From an uncultured Arcobacter sp. (GTDB lineage Bacteria > Campylobacterota > Campylobacteria > Campylobacterales > Arcobacteraceae), in assembly GCA_965140705.1 (NCBI GenBank), contig OZ223300.1, positions 1,696,001 through 1,760,000 on the forward strand: a DNA stretch of 64,000 nt, in the 5' to 3' direction. Position 1 is the first letter of the stretch; each line of letters begins with the position of its first letter. The position numbers and the translations under genes were made by a program. The notes beneath the pieces were generated by a model, which searched no databases, was not told where the DNA came from, and was given only the letters and a program-made list of their open reading frames with translations. Shown one piece after another: positions 1 to 10,930 of this stretch.

Positions 1-166
1 ATTATAGTTATTAACAATAATACCAATTTAAAGCTAACTGAGTCAAAAATACGTTTTTTCATTATTTCTATTATATAAAAATAATTATTAAACCAAGTAA
101 AAATTATATTTGCTTTTTATTAGAAAATTTAGATAAAATTAAGCATATCCTTTGAAAGGAAACATT

Positions 167-415
167 ATGGAAATAAATAGCAATCTTGGGGCAATGAGAT
201 TAGAAGAACTCAAACTAAATGATTCTGCTAAAAATATTGCAAATCCTAAAACATATGCAAAGCCAAGCAATGAAGAAGTTACACAAGAAGTTACTCCTGA
301 TTTAATAAAATCTATTACAGAACAAATACCTATTCCTATAGCATATCAAGCAAATGCTAATAGTATAAAAGTGCAAAATGAAATTTTTGCATCAACAATA
401 AATATAAAAGCATAA
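167..415 (+). CDS. Small protein with a flagellar basal-body rod/hook C-terminal-like segment
   Basis: C-terminus AYQANANSIKVQNEIFASTINIKA resembles the rod/hook C-terminal helix. ATG at 167 follows AAGGA, so it is preferred over TTG at 152. Confidence 0.55.
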   Translation: MEINSNLGAMRLEELKLNDSAKNIANPKTYAKPSNEEVTQEVTPDLIKSITEQIPIPIAYQANANSIKVQNEIFASTINIKA

Positions 416-419
416 AATA

Positions 420-851
420 ATGGATAAGATAAAAGTAGTTTGTTCTTCTTGTAATAGTGTAAATTCTATTCCCAAAAAAGATAGTTATAAAGTAGCTAAT
501 TGTGGTAAATGCAAAGAATCACTTTTAAATACTAAACCACTTGATTTAAATGATTCAAACTTTGATTTACAAATTGTAAATTCAGATATTCCAGTAATTG
601 TAGATTTTTGGGCACCATGGTGTGGACCTTGTAAAATGTTTGCACCAACATTTGAAAAAACAAGTGCAAAGTATCCCTTAAAAGCAAAATTTGCAAAAGT
701 AAATACAGAAGTTGAGCAAAACTTAGGTTCTAAGTATCAAATACGCTCAATTCCCACTTTAATTATATATAAAGCAGGAAAAGAGATGGAAAGAGTATCA
801 GGAGCATTAGATTCTACAAGATTAGATATGCTAATTAATAAATATATTTAA
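420..851 (+). CDS. trxC: Thioredoxin 2 (zinc-finger thioredoxin)
   Basis: N-terminal CxxC...CxxC (CSSC, CGKC) plus WCGPC active site and SIPT motif. Confidence 0.93.
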   Translation: MDKIKVVCSSCNSVNSIPKKDSYKVANCGKCKESLLNTKPLDLNDSNFDLQIVNSDIPVIVDFWAPWCGPCKMFAPTFEKTSAKYPLKAKFAKVNTEVEQNLGSKYQIRSIPTLIIYKAGKEMERVSGALDSTRLDMLINKYI

Positions 852-1600
852 TCCAATAACTCTTTATCAAAAAAAGTTGAAGTTTGAATATTTTTGAATG
901 CTGCTTTCATAGAAACGAACATTTGAGGATTTTCTTCTTCCATTTTCTCTAATAACTCTTTTGTTGCAGCTCTTGCATGTGGCATTTTAATATCAAATCT
1001 CATAGCAGGACAAGCTTCATCACCTATTACACTTATTTCGTTTGTTTGAGCAAAAGCTCTTAATTGTCTCTCTCTACAAAAAATAAGTGGACGAATAACT
1101 TCTAGCCCATTTTCAGCTTTATATCTAGGAGGCATAGATCTCAAAGCCCCATTATAAAGAAAATTCATAAAAAATGATTCCATGGCATCATCTAAGTGAT
1201 GTCCTAAAGCCAATTTATTATATCCTTGCTCTTGTGCAGTTGAATATAAATACCCTCTTCTCATTCTTGAAAAGAATGAACAAAATGAAGAGTTTTTTCT
1301 TATTTTTTCTTTTGATAATTCAAAAATTTCTGTATCAATTATCTCATGTTCTATTCCATGTTCAGCACAATGTTTTGACAGGAATTCAACTTGTTCTCCC
1401 ATACCATAAGTTACAGTAACTGCTTTGAATTCAAAATCAAATGGAGTAACTTTTTTTAAATAATTCAAAGCATGAATTAATGTCGTTGAGTCTTTTCCAC
1501 CTGAAAATCCAACTAAAACTCTATCACCATCTTTTATTAGCCCATATTCTGCATTTGTCCGTCCAACTACACTTGAAATTTTTTTACTTAATTCAATCAA
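848..1600 (-). CDS. ttcA: tRNA 2-thiocytidine biosynthesis protein TtcA family (PP-loop ATPase)
   Basis: SGGKDS PP-loop, SRMRRG, ALGHHLDD and IRPL motifs; TTG start. Confidence 0.85.
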   Translation of the reverse strand: MIELSKKISSVVGRTNAEYGLIKDGDRVLVGFSGGKDSTTLIHALNYLKKVTPFDFEFKAVTVTYGMGEQVEFLSKHCAEHGIEHEIIDTEIFELSKEKIRKNSSFCSFFSRMRRGYLYSTAQEQGYNKLALGHHLDDAMESFFMNFLYNGALRSMPPRYKAENGLEVIRPLIFCRERQLRAFAQTNEISVIGDEACPAMRFDIKMPHARAATKELLEKMEEENPQMFVSMKAAFKNIQTSTFFDKELLD

Positions 1601-1789
1601 TTTTTCTTTTCCTAAACTTTTTTCGCGATTATATCATAATTTATATGGAAACCTATTTTAATCAAAAAATCTTGCCAAATTTTATCTATTTCTTTTTATT
1701 TAATATTCCTCGATGAAATACTACAAAATTAACTACAGTTTTAGAAAAAGTTACTATAATTTGGAGATAATTTAATATAAAGATAAAAA

Positions 1790-1978
1790 ATGACAACAGA
1801 AGAAATAAGCCAATTTAGAGAAAAAATTAGTGAAACTATTATGCCTATTGCTCAAAATATGAAAGATGCAGATATAAAAGAGTTAATAGAACACATTGAG
1901 AAAGAAAATCCTGAACTTCCTGAAGGCTTTGGAAATATGCTTTATGAGCAAGTTCTTATATTAAAATATAAAAAATAA
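1790..1978 (+). CDS. Small hypothetical protein
   Basis: 62-aa ORF with upstream TATAAT (1755-1760) and a downstream inverted repeat. Confidence 0.65.
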   Translation: MTTEEISQFREKISETIMPIAQNMKDADIKELIEHIEKENPELPEGFGNMLYEQVLILKYKK

Positions 1979-1996
1979 TTTTACTTTTTATATTTT
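1963..1996. terminator. Probable bidirectional intrinsic terminator
   Basis: AAAATATAAAAA...TTTTTATATTTT inverted repeat between convergent genes; AT-only stem, so weak. Confidence 0.4.
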
Positions 1997-2017
1997 AACT
2001 TTAAATAAATACAAATA

Positions 2018-3886
2018 TCAAATTTCTTCGTGAAACTCTTTTTTATTTGTATTTTCTACAACTTTTTCTGCTATTTTATTTACTTCAATTGCCACATGAT
2101 TAGCTTCAGAAGCAACAACTGCATTTTGTTGTGTTACTTGGTCTAATTTATTAATTGTACTATTAATTTGTTCCATAGCACTAAATTGCTCTTTTGAAGA
2201 GTTAGAAACTTCTGAAATAAGAGATAAGGTATTATGAATATTACTATTTAATCTTTCATACCCATTAATCATATCTGTTGATATTCTTTTACCTTCATTT
2301 GTTTTTTCAGTAGCATTTTCCACTAAACTTTTTATCTCATTTGCTGCTTCTGCACTTCTTGAAGCTAAGTTTCTTACTTCCCCAGCAACTACAGCAAATC
2401 CTTTACCTGCTTCCCCTGCCGTTGCAGCTTCAACTGCAGCATTTAGACTTAAAATATTTGTTTGGAAAGCTATTTGATCAATAATTGTAATTGCCTCTGC
2501 AATAGCTTGTGTTTGTTCATTTATCTCATCCATTGAAGAAGCTGTTTTTGAAGCTAAGTCTTCCCCTTGGGTTACTGAATTGGAAACTTCATTTGCATAA
2601 TTATTCATTTGTGCTATGTTATTTGAACTATTTTTCATATTTGATGTTATCTCTTCAATTGCAGCAGCAGACTCTTCTAATGATGCAGCTTGATTATTTG
2701 CTGAAATGGTTAAACTATCTACACCTTTTGACAATTTATCTGCATTTGTTGATAAGTCTATTCCCATTTTCTTATTTTCAATCAACATAGTCGTTATTGC
2801 ATGACCTAAATTATTTATATCATCACAAAGTGCTTTTAAGTCACCCTCCATATGAGTTGTATCTATTTTAGCTCTATAATCATAGTTTGTATAAGAAGAT
2901 AATACTTTCATTGCATTTTGAATATTTTCTCTTACTACAAAAAGCATTTGGTTTATAACTTCTTTTAATTCATGAAGTGTAGGATTTAGAGTATCACCAT
3001 TAATAGATACATCTAAAATACCTTTTTTAGCCTCATTTGCACAATGAATTGCACTATCAACTAATACTCTATCTTTCTCAATAGCAATTTTAGTTTTTGT
3101 AATACTGTTATTTATGATTTTTGCCATACTTCCTAATTCATCTGAAGAGTTTAATTGAATCTCTTTTGCATCACTTTTTTCTTGATTTAAATATTGAAAA
3201 AAATCTAATAATCCATCCTGAAATATAGAAAGAGGTTTTTTAATTGAATTGGTAACTCCAATAATAATAAAAAATAACAAACTTATCACCACAGCAACAA
3301 GTGCATATAGGGTATATCTAGTCTTTTTTATCTTATCTAAAGCAAATTCATAACTTAAATTATTTTGTTTATATGCAAATTCATTAATACTTTTTAAATC
3401 TTTAGAAATTTTAGTAAAAGGAATATCACTTTCTAAAATTTTATCTAGATAAATATTCATAACATCATTCATTGCATCAGTAATTTGTCCATTATAATCT
3501 TTTAAATTAACATCAATATCTTTAATCAGTTTTTTTACTTTTTTATCTTCTACAACTGACTTTAATAGCTTTTTATAATCTTCATCAACTACTTTTCTAA
3601 TATCATTTAGTTTTTTTATCTCTGCATTAATTTCTGGTTCATCATATGCACCAGTTACATAATTAAAAACTTTATATAAAATTCCATTATATAATTCTAT
3701 ATCAGACAAAAACTTACTACTTGTTTGATAAAGTTCAAATTTAACTTCAACTATCTCTTTTAATGTATTTTTATTTGAAGTTAAAGAGTTATTTGCAAAT
3801 ATTGCTAATGTTAATAAAAATAATAATGCAATACTTGGTGCAATTAAAACTTTATAACCGATTTTTAGATTTTTTAATCCAAACAT
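2018..3886 (-). CDS. Methyl-accepting chemotaxis protein
   Basis: Two TM helices around a helical periplasmic domain, HAMP, and signalling hairpin [37 protein letters not shown]. Confidence 0.95.
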   Translation of the reverse strand: MFGLKNLKIGYKVLIAPSIALLFLLTLAIFANNSLTSNKNTLKEIVEVKFELYQTSSKFLSDIELYNGILYKVFNYVTGAYDEPEINAEIKKLNDIRKVVDEDYKKLLKSVVEDKKVKKLIKDIDVNLKDYNGQITDAMNDVMNIYLDKILESDIPFTKISKDLKSINEFAYKQNNLSYEFALDKIKKTRYTLYALVAVVISLLFFIIIGVTNSIKKPLSIFQDGLLDFFQYLNQEKSDAKEIQLNSSDELGSMAKIINNSITKTKIAIEKDRVLVDSAIHCANEAKKGILDVSINGDTLNPTLHELKEVINQMLFVVRENIQNAMKVLSSYTNYDYRAKIDTTHMEGDLKALCDDINNLGHAITTMLIENKKMGIDLSTNADKLSKGVDSLTISANNQAASLEESAAAIEEITSNMKNSSNNIAQMNNYANEVSNSVTQGEDLASKTASSMDEINEQTQAIAEAITIIDQIAFQTNILSLNAAVEAATAGEAGKGFAVVAGEVRNLASRSAEAANEIKSLVENATEKTNEGKRISTDMINGYERLNSNIHNTLSLISEVSNSSKEQFSAMEQINSTINKLDQVTQQNAVVASEANHVAIEVNKIAEKVVENTNKKEFHEEI

Positions 3887-3897
3887 AAATTTCCTTC

Positions 3898-5595
3898 TTA
3901 TTTTTTTATTAATATTCTTCTCTCAAATAAAGCATCCATATCATCATGAATAATTGAATCTTTATCTAAGAAAATTAATTTATCTTTATTTAGTTGATTG
4001 ACATTTTTCAATCCCATTACTGCAAGTAAACTTTTCATACTTTTTAAAATATTTTTATGATAGTTTTTAACATTACTTGCATGTTTTTTTACAAAATAAT
4101 GCTTTCTTTTTTTAATATCTTGTGTTGCTAATCCAACTGGACATTGATGTTCCCCTGCACCAGAACAATATCTTGCACGAATACACCCTGCACTCATCAT
4201 AAAACCTCTGGCAATTTGTACAAAATCAGCACCCAAACAAAGTGTTATAACTACATCATCAGGAGTCAAGATTTTACCACTTGCGGATAATTTTACTTTG
4301 TCTCTAACTCCATAATCTTTTAATACTTTATCAACCAAATATAAAGCATCTCTAATATCCATACCAATTCTTTCCATCATATCCAATGGAGCAGTAGCAC
4401 TTCCTCCACTTCCTCCATCAATAGAAATATAATCAGGATAAGGTAAACCTAATTTTTCTCTTCTTTTTATCTCTTTTGCTATTGGAACAATATTGTCATA
4501 ATCAGAAATAACTATTTTAATTCCCACTGGTTTTTTTGATAATTCTTGCAACTGGCCTATAAAATCAAACAACTCTTCAGTAGTATTTGCATAAGGAAAC
4601 CTATTAGGAGAAAAAGCATCCTTATGAGCTTCAATATTTCTATAATAAGCAATAGATGGGGTTACTTTTTCAGCAATTAACTTACCACCAGTTTGTTTAG
4701 CGCCTTGAGCAATTTTTATCTCAGTCATTTGACAAAAACTCATTTGTTTTTTATATCGTTCTTTGTCAAACTTACCATCTTTTGTTCTAACACCATATAG
4801 ACCTGAGCTTATTTGTAAAATAATATCTGGCATATCTTCAGGTACTTCACTTGGGAAAGCTTCAATTGGGGCTTCCCAGTTTGGCCTAAAAAAACACTCT
4901 TTATCTTTATTAAAAACATAAGTATCTGCTTCTAAATCTTTTTTAAATAAACTTCTTCTATAAAAATCAATAGCTACAGGTTCATTAAATAAGATTTTTG
5001 ATAATCTAAAAATCTTATGCTGTAAGGCATTACCAGTAACTTCTTTCATATACTTTGTATCATAATTATAATGTGTTACAAAAAAATTAGAAGTCAATCC
5101 TCCTTCACCTGAATTTATTGGAAAATTTCCATCCTTTGCTCCATAAACAAAAGCCCTAGTTCCTTCAGGAGATATAGAACCATCACTCATAGGACCACGA
5201 CCTAAAATAGAATTTGCAACAAATGGTTTTTCTCTATTTTCACCAAATGTAACTGAAAATTCATTATCAATTTCATCTTCATTTAATACAATATTTGTGT
5301 GTCTTAACATAAATTTTGGTTTAGGTAATGGCTGAGAAGGAGAAAAAGATGAAAAGTTTATCTTATCCCTTGAAGCACTATATACCCAATCTAATTTATC
5401 CATTGATTCATAAAATTTTTCATCACCAAAATATTGTCTAAAAGGTTCTCTAAACTCTTGAAAAACAAATCTTAAACGACCAACAATTGGATAATTAACT
5501 AAAATTTGATGTTTTCTTTGAACATATTTATCATGGACATACCACATAAATATACCTAAACCAAAAACTACTAATACTATAAACCAAGTTTCCAT
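3898..5595 (-). CDS. FMN-binding glutamate synthase family protein (stand-alone, membrane-anchored)
   Basis: N-terminal [31 protein letters not shown] motifs; 3Fe-4S-type Cys set GCIRARYC...CPVGLATQD. Confidence 0.88.
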   Translation of the reverse strand: METWFIVLVVFGLGIFMWYVHDKYVQRKHQILVNYPIVGRLRFVFQEFREPFRQYFGDEKFYESMDKLDWVYSASRDKINFSSFSPSQPLPKPKFMLRHTNIVLNEDEIDNEFSVTFGENREKPFVANSILGRGPMSDGSISPEGTRAFVYGAKDGNFPINSGEGGLTSNFFVTHYNYDTKYMKEVTGNALQHKIFRLSKILFNEPVAIDFYRRSLFKKDLEADTYVFNKDKECFFRPNWEAPIEAFPSEVPEDMPDIILQISSGLYGVRTKDGKFDKERYKKQMSFCQMTEIKIAQGAKQTGGKLIAEKVTPSIAYYRNIEAHKDAFSPNRFPYANTTEELFDFIGQLQELSKKPVGIKIVISDYDNIVPIAKEIKRREKLGLPYPDYISIDGGSGGSATAPLDMMERIGMDIRDALYLVDKVLKDYGVRDKVKLSASGKILTPDDVVITLCLGADFVQIARGFMMSAGCIRARYCSGAGEHQCPVGLATQDIKKRKHYFVKKHASNVKNYHKNILKSMKSLLAVMGLKNVNQLNKDKLIFLDKDSIIHDDMDALFERRILIKK

Positions 5596-5669
5596 ATATA
5601 ATTCCTACTATATTTTTTAAGGCTTTTTAACATCACGAAAGGCATAAAAGTGGGGTTAAAATTTAAAGA

Positions 5670-5699
5670 AAGTAATAAGAAGGAAAATTCCTTCTTATT
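5670..5699 (-). terminator. Intrinsic terminator after putA
   Basis: AATAAGAAGGAA-AA-TTCCTTCTTATT inverted repeat overlapping the putA stop, followed by a T-rich tract on the minus strand. Confidence 0.7.
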
Positions 5700-8600
5700 T
5701 TAAACCTCTTGCACCAATATTCCCATATCTATGGAAAGAGTGAGAGATTGATTGCTCAATGAAATAGTTAAGAAGTTCTAGTCTTCCTTCCATCATTGGG
5801 GCTTGTCTTACTATGTACGTAAGAGATTTTGATGCAGCTTCAAAAATTGAAGCAGGAACTTTAGAAATATCAGAGTAAATAACTCTTTGATAATCTTTTA
5901 TTGTAGTTGCAAAAGCTTTATCATCTTCTTCAATCACATTATTAGTTTCTAATAAAACAGCTGATTTGGATAAAAAATCTTTAATTGTGGCATTACTATT
6001 AATTGAAACAGTAAAGTTTACATTTGAAATTCTTGCTGCTAAGATTCTAGATACTACTTCAAAAATTGTGTCATCAGAGCTTACTCTAATTACAACTTTA
6101 TCTAATGGTAAATATCTAAAGTGATTATCTTCACCTCTTACTTCGCAATAATCTTTTGCTTTACTAAATTCATTTTCATAATTTTCATAATATGATTGAA
6201 CAGCAACTGCTAATTTTTCAAAATCTTCTTTATTTTCACCTTTTGATTTACAAGAATCAATAAATTTAACTAAATCAGAATTATATTTTTTGCTTACAAC
6301 TGGGCTTGATTTTTCAGTAAAATTAACAAATTGTGTAATATAGTTAAAAATACCAACTTTTCTTCCTGCACCAATAGCAGATTTTCCCATACCACCAAAT
6401 GGCTGTCGTAGAACAATCGCACCAGTCGTTCCTCTATTTACATAAAGATTTCCAGCTTTAAGATTCTCTTTCCAATATGTAACTTCTCTTTCATCAAGAG
6501 ATTCAATACCAGAAGTCAATCCATAACCTGTAGCATTTACAATTTTCACAGCATGCTCTAAATCTTTAGCTTTTATAACTGCAAGTACTGGTCCGAAAAG
6601 TTCATTCATATGAATGAAACTACCCTCTTCTACTCCCCATTTAATTGCAGGTTTTAACATATACTCATTACCTTCTGCATAAGAAGGGGCCAATAACCAC
6701 TCTTCATTACCTTCTAAAGTTTCAATAGCTTTTTTAAGGTTTCCAGAAACAGGATTTGCTAAAGTACCAATTCTATTCTTGAAATCCCAAATAGAACCAA
6801 CACTCATAGAACGTGCTGTATCAACTAAAGCTTTTTTAAATGATTCATCATTATAAACTTCTTCTTCTAAAACTAAAAGTGAAGTTGCAGAACATTTTTG
6901 ACCAGAGTTATTAAATGCACTTAAACATACATTTTTAATTGCTTGTTCTCTATCTGCCATATTTGTAACAATAGTTGCATCTTTTCCACCAGTTTCTGCA
7001 GTTAATTGTAGGTCTGGTCTTGTTTTTAACATTGTTGCCGCTGTATCTTCACCACCAGTTAAAATTACAAAATCTACATCTTTGTTTGCTATTAAATGTT
7101 CACCTGCAAGTGCTCCTGGACAAGGAACAAATTGAAGTACATTTTTAGAAATACCAGCATCCCAAAAACATTTACACATCTCATAGGCAGTTAAAGCAGC
7201 AACTGAAGCAGGTTTGATAATTACTGTATTACCAGCGGCTAAAGTTGCAGCAACTCCACCTAATGGAATAGCAACTGGGAAGTTCCATGGTGGTACAACA
7301 ACACCTACACCTTTACCAGTAAACTCTATATTTTCATATTTATCAAAGTGGTGAGCACTAAATGGGTAGAATTCTACAAAGTCAACTGCTTCAGAAACTT
7401 CAACATCAGTTTCAGTAAATACTTTACCAACTTCTGCTGCTGCAATACCTATTAAACTATCTCTTCTTTCTTTTAATTTATTACTAACATGTTTAAGTGC
7501 TTCATGTCTTTGCTCATGTGTTAAACTTCTCCAACCATCAACATCAGCTTTTGCAACTTCAACAGCTCTTTTAAGGTCTTCAGCATTTGCATTTGCAAAT
7601 TTACCTGCTAATACACCATCTTCAATTTGACATTTATCAATAGCTTCAACAACTTTTCTATCTTCTACAATATCTTCACCACCAACAACAATTGGAGTGA
7701 TTTTATGTTCTGTATCTTTTGAGAATTTCCATTTTTTAACAATATTTTTAGCCCATTCTTGATTTGCTGGTAAAATAAAATCTGTATCAGCTTCGGCATG
7801 GTATTCTTTTGTATCATATGAAGTATGTGAAAAGTCGTCCCATTTTTCTGTAAGTCTATTTTGAGTTCTTTTAGAACCTACAAATGAAGTTTTTTCATTT
7901 TCAAAAGATTTTAAAAATAACTCTTTTTGCATATTCCAATCTTCTGAACCAACAGTCAATCCAAAAGAGTATCTAATAAAGTTATCTGGCCCTGTATTTT
8001 CATCAAGTCTTCTTACTAAGTATGCAATAGCATTTGTAAATTGTTCTTTTGCAGCAGTTGGTGCATATAAAATTACAGATTTAGAAATCTCATTTATAGC
8101 AAGTCTTGCAGCTTCACTCATACCTTCTAGCATCTCTAAAGTATGGTATTTAGTAGTACCATTTTCTTGTGCTAAAGTTGTAGCAAAAGCAAGTTCAAAT
8201 AAGTTGTGAGATGCAGTTCCAATATGCATATAAGGAGCATTTTCAGGATCAAGAGCATATCTTGCCATTCTTTTATAGTTAGAATCTGTATCAGATTTAT
8301 CAATATATGTTACCATCTCCCAGTGTTTTTGACTAGCTTCAGTCTCTTCCATCTCCATGTTAGCCCCTTTTACAAGTCTAAACTTAATAGGAGAACCACC
8401 ATTTTCAACTCTTTTTTTAGCCCAAGCTAATAAATCTTTTTGTACTAAAAATGAATCAGGAACATATGCTTGTAAAACAATACCAGCATAAAAATCTTTA
8501 AATTGTGGTTTATCTAATGTTCTTTTGAATACTTCAACTGTAATAGCTAAGTCTCTATACTCTTCCATATCTAGATTGATAAATTTATTTGATTTTGTTC

Positions 8601-9261
8601 CATCTGGAGCAATATAAGGATATTTTATTGCTTGTTCATATATTTTAGTTAATTTTTCAACAAGTACTTGAACTGTATGTTCGAAGTTTAATGGATTAAT
8701 TTGAGAATAAATAGTTGATATCTTAATAGAAATATAGTCAATATTTGGATTAGTTAAAGCTTTAAGATATTTTTCCATTCTCTCTGTTGCTTCTTCTTCT
8801 CCAAGAACAACTTCACCAATAAGATTGATATTTACTCTAGTACCTTCTTTTTTTCTCATTACTAAGTGTTTATTAAAAGGCTCTTCTTCTCCTTTAATAA
8901 CTACTGTTTTTGTATCTTCTCTTATTTGATTTACAAACATAGGAACAGATAAGTTTGGTAAAAATTTTCCGAAATTTTGGAATAACCATAAAAGAGTCTT
9001 ATCTTTTGTTGTAAAAAAGTGAGCCATCCCATGCTTTTCTAATAAGAAAATAATTTGATCAGCAACTCTTGCATTTGAATCACATCTAAAACATTGATCC
9101 ATTAACTCTATTAAGAGAGCTTTATCTTTTGGATGTTCAAGCATTTTATTCATTTTTACATAAAATTCTCTATCCCAATCACTAACAAGTTCTGTTGCCC
9201 TATTTTGCCATTTTTCAGCTAATTTAACCGCTGAATTTATAATTTCTGTTTCATTTTTCAT
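5695..9261 (-). CDS. putA: Bifunctional proline dehydrogenase / P5C dehydrogenase
   Basis: PRODH motifs (NLDMEE, RLVKGA, YLVRRLDEN) fused to ALDH motifs (PWNFP, ETGGKD, SGQKCSA, ELFGP, QPFGG). Confidence 0.96.
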   Translation of the reverse strand: MKNETEIINSAVKLAEKWQNRATELVSDWDREFYVKMNKMLEHPKDKALLIELMDQCFRCDSNARVADQIIFLLEKHGMAHFFTTKDKTLLWLFQNFGKFLPNLSVPMFVNQIREDTKTVVIKGEEEPFNKHLVMRKKEGTRVNINLIGEVVLGEEEATERMEKYLKALTNPNIDYISIKISTIYSQINPLNFEHTVQVLVEKLTKIYEQAIKYPYIAPDGTKSNKFINLDMEEYRDLAITVEVFKRTLDKPQFKDFYAGIVLQAYVPDSFLVQKDLLAWAKKRVENGGSPIKFRLVKGANMEMEETEASQKHWEMVTYIDKSDTDSNYKRMARYALDPENAPYMHIGTASHNLFELAFATTLAQENGTTKYHTLEMLEGMSEAARLAINEISKSVILYAPTAAKEQFTNAIAYLVRRLDENTGPDNFIRYSFGLTVGSEDWNMQKELFLKSFENEKTSFVGSKRTQNRLTEKWDDFSHTSYDTKEYHAEADTDFILPANQEWAKNIVKKWKFSKDTEHKITPIVVGGEDIVEDRKVVEAIDKCQIEDGVLAGKFANANAEDLKRAVEVAKADVDGWRSLTHEQRHEALKHVSNKLKERRDSLIGIAAAEVGKVFTETDVEVSEAVDFVEFYPFSAHHFDKYENIEFTGKGVGVVVPPWNFPVAIPLGGVAATLAAGNTVIIKPASVAALTAYEMCKCFWDAGISKNVLQFVPCPGALAGEHLIANKDVDFVILTGGEDTAATMLKTRPDLQLTAETGGKDATIVTNMADREQAIKNVCLSAFNNSGQKCSATSLLVLEEEVYNDESFKKALVDTARSMSVGSIWDFKNRIGTLANPVSGNLKKAIETLEGNEEWLLAPSYAEGNEYMLKPAIKWGVEEGSFIHMNELFGPVLAVIKAKDLEHAVKIVNATGYGLTSGIESLDEREVTYWKENLKAGNLYVNRGTTGAIVLRQPFGGMGKSAIGAGRKVGIFNYITQFVNFTEKSSPVVSKKYNSDLVKFIDSCKSKGENKEDFEKLAVAVQSYYENYENEFSKAKDYCEVRGEDNHFRYLPLDKVVIRVSSDDTIFEVVSRILAARISNVNFTVSINSNATIKDFLSKSAVLLETNNVIEEDDKAFATTIKDYQRVIYSDISKVPASIFEAASKSLTYIVRQAPMMEGRLELLNYFIEQSISHSFHRYGNIGARGLK

Positions 9262-9302
9262 TTATTACCCTTAAATATCTATTATTTTTTTAATTAGTTT
9301 TA

Positions 9303-9337
9303 AGTAATTGAACACATTTTAAATGTGCTCAATTACT
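9303..9337. repeat. Long inverted repeat (17-bp arms, one mismatch) between livF and putA
   Basis: AGTAATTGAACACATTT-T-AAATGTGCTCAATTACT; the mismatch is a G-U pair on the minus-strand transcript. Confidence 0.8.
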
Positions 9338-9428
9338 AAGTGTCGTTATTTTAGTGTTTTAATTAAGGATTTCCTGGCCTTTATGTAAGTCTTGTACTTT
9401 TGATTGTAATCTACGTTTATGTCTCATA

Positions 9429-10151
9429 TTAATGCTTTTTACCTAAATAAGCTTCTTGTATTGCTTTAGAGTTTAATAATTCTTCCGCTGTACCTTCATG
9501 TGTGATTTTCCCAACTTCTAGTACATATGCTCTATCTGCTAATTTAAGAGCTGCTTTTGCATTTTGCTCAACTAATAAAACTGTAACACCATTTAAGGCA
9601 ATCTCTTTTATTGCTTTAAAAATTGCTTTAATTAAAATTGGTGCCAATCCTAATGAAGGCTCATCCAAAATTAAAAGTTTAGGTTTACTCATAATAGCTC
9701 TACCAATGGCTAACATTTGTTGTTCTCCACCTGATAAAGTTCCTGCAAGTTGTTTTTTTCTCTCTTTCAATCTTGGCAAAATATCATAAATCCAATCTAA
9801 AGTCTCTTTATCATGTCCTTTTAATGTATATGCACCCATCATAAGATTTTCTTCAACAGTTAATGTTCCAAATACTCTTCTTCCTTCTGGTGAGTGAGAC
9901 ATACCAAGGGATACAATATCATGCGCTTCACATTTAGTAATATCATTTTTATCAAAAATAATATTCCCTGATTTTGGTTTTAAAAGTCCAGAGATTGTTC
10001 TTAAAGTTGTAGTTTTCCCGGCACCATTAGCACCAAGAATTGTTACAACTTCTCCTTTTAATACAGTTAAATCAATACCTTTAATAGCAGATATTGCTCC
10101 ATATGACACATGAAGATCTTTAACTTCTAGTAATATTTCATTATTTACCAT
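9429..10151 (-). CDS. livF: HAAT/Liv-type amino acid ABC transporter ATP-binding protein
   Basis: GANGAGKT, LSGGEQQML, LDEPSLGLAP, LLVEQN. Confidence 0.93.
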   Translation of the reverse strand: MVNNEILLEVKDLHVSYGAISAIKGIDLTVLKGEVVTILGANGAGKTTTLRTISGLLKPKSGNIIFDKNDITKCEAHDIVSLGMSHSPEGRRVFGTLTVEENLMMGAYTLKGHDKETLDWIYDILPRLKERKKQLAGTLSGGEQQMLAIGRAIMSKPKLLILDEPSLGLAPILIKAIFKAIKEIALNGVTVLLVEQNAKAALKLADRAYVLEVGKITHEGTAEELLNSKAIQEAYLGKKH

Positions 10152-10930
10152 TATTCATCCTCCTCATCATCATCTGTTCCAATATAAGCTTCAATAACTT
10201 TTGGATCATCTTGTACAAATGATGGAAGACCTTGAGAAATCTCTTTCCCAAAATTGATAACAGTAATATAATCAGTTAATTTCATAACCATATCCATATC
10301 ATGCTCAATCATCATAATTCCAAGACCCATCTCTTTTATTTTCAAAATAATATTAGTAAGTTCTATGGTTTCATTTTCATTAAGTCCTGCTGCTGGTTCA
10401 TCTAAAATTAAAAGTTCAGGTTCAGCTGCAAGTGCTCTTGCCATCTCAATTTTTCTTTGATTTCCATAAGATAAATCTCCAGCAGGAGTTTTAGCATATT
10501 TTGTCAAACCAAAGAAATCCATTAATTCTCCAACTTTTTCCCATTGTTTCTTTTCATCTGCTCTATAAAAAGGTGTATGAACAATAGAGTGATACCATTT
10601 TTGTTCTGACTTTGTATGACATCCCGCAATAATATTTTCTGCAACACTCATCTCTTTAAAAAGTCTGATGTTTTGAAAGGTTCTTAAAACTCCCCTTTGG
10701 GCAATTTTATGTGGTTCCATACCAGTAATATTTTCACCTTTATATTTTATAGTTCCTTGTTCAGGAGTATAAATACCTGTTACACAGTTAAAAAGCGTAG
10801 TTTTACCAGCACCGTTTGGACCAATAATTCCATATATTTGACCAGGTTTAACTTTGATAGTTAAATCATCAATTGCAACTAGTCCATGGAAAAATTTTGA
10901 AACATTTTCTATTTCTAATACATATTTCAT
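10151..10930 (-). CDS. livG: HAAT/Liv-type amino acid ABC transporter ATP-binding protein
   Basis: GPNGAGKT, RTFQNIRLF, LSYGNQR, LDEPAAG, IEHDM. Confidence 0.93.
   Translation of the reverse strand: MKYVLEIENVSKFFHGLVAIDDLTIKVKPGQIYGIIGPNGAGKTTLFNCVTGIYTPEQGTIKYKGENITGMEPHKIAQRGVLRTFQNIRLFKEMSVAENIIAGCHTKSEQKWYHSIVHTPFYRADEKKQWEKVGELMDFFGLTKYAKTPAGDLSYGNQRKIEMARALAAEPELLILDEPAAGLNENETIELTNIILKIKEMGLGIMMIEHDMDMVMKLTDYITVINFGKEISQGLPSFVQDDPKVIEAYIGTDDDEEDE

Noticed and set aside
1720..1737. ACTACA direct repeat upstream of the 62-aa gene
   Set aside because: Single 6-bp pair with a 12-nt period and no second instance in the window.
2340..2480. DNA similarity to about 57810-57950 as a repeat element
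   Set aside because: It is the conserved signalling hairpin shared by two paralogous MCP genes.
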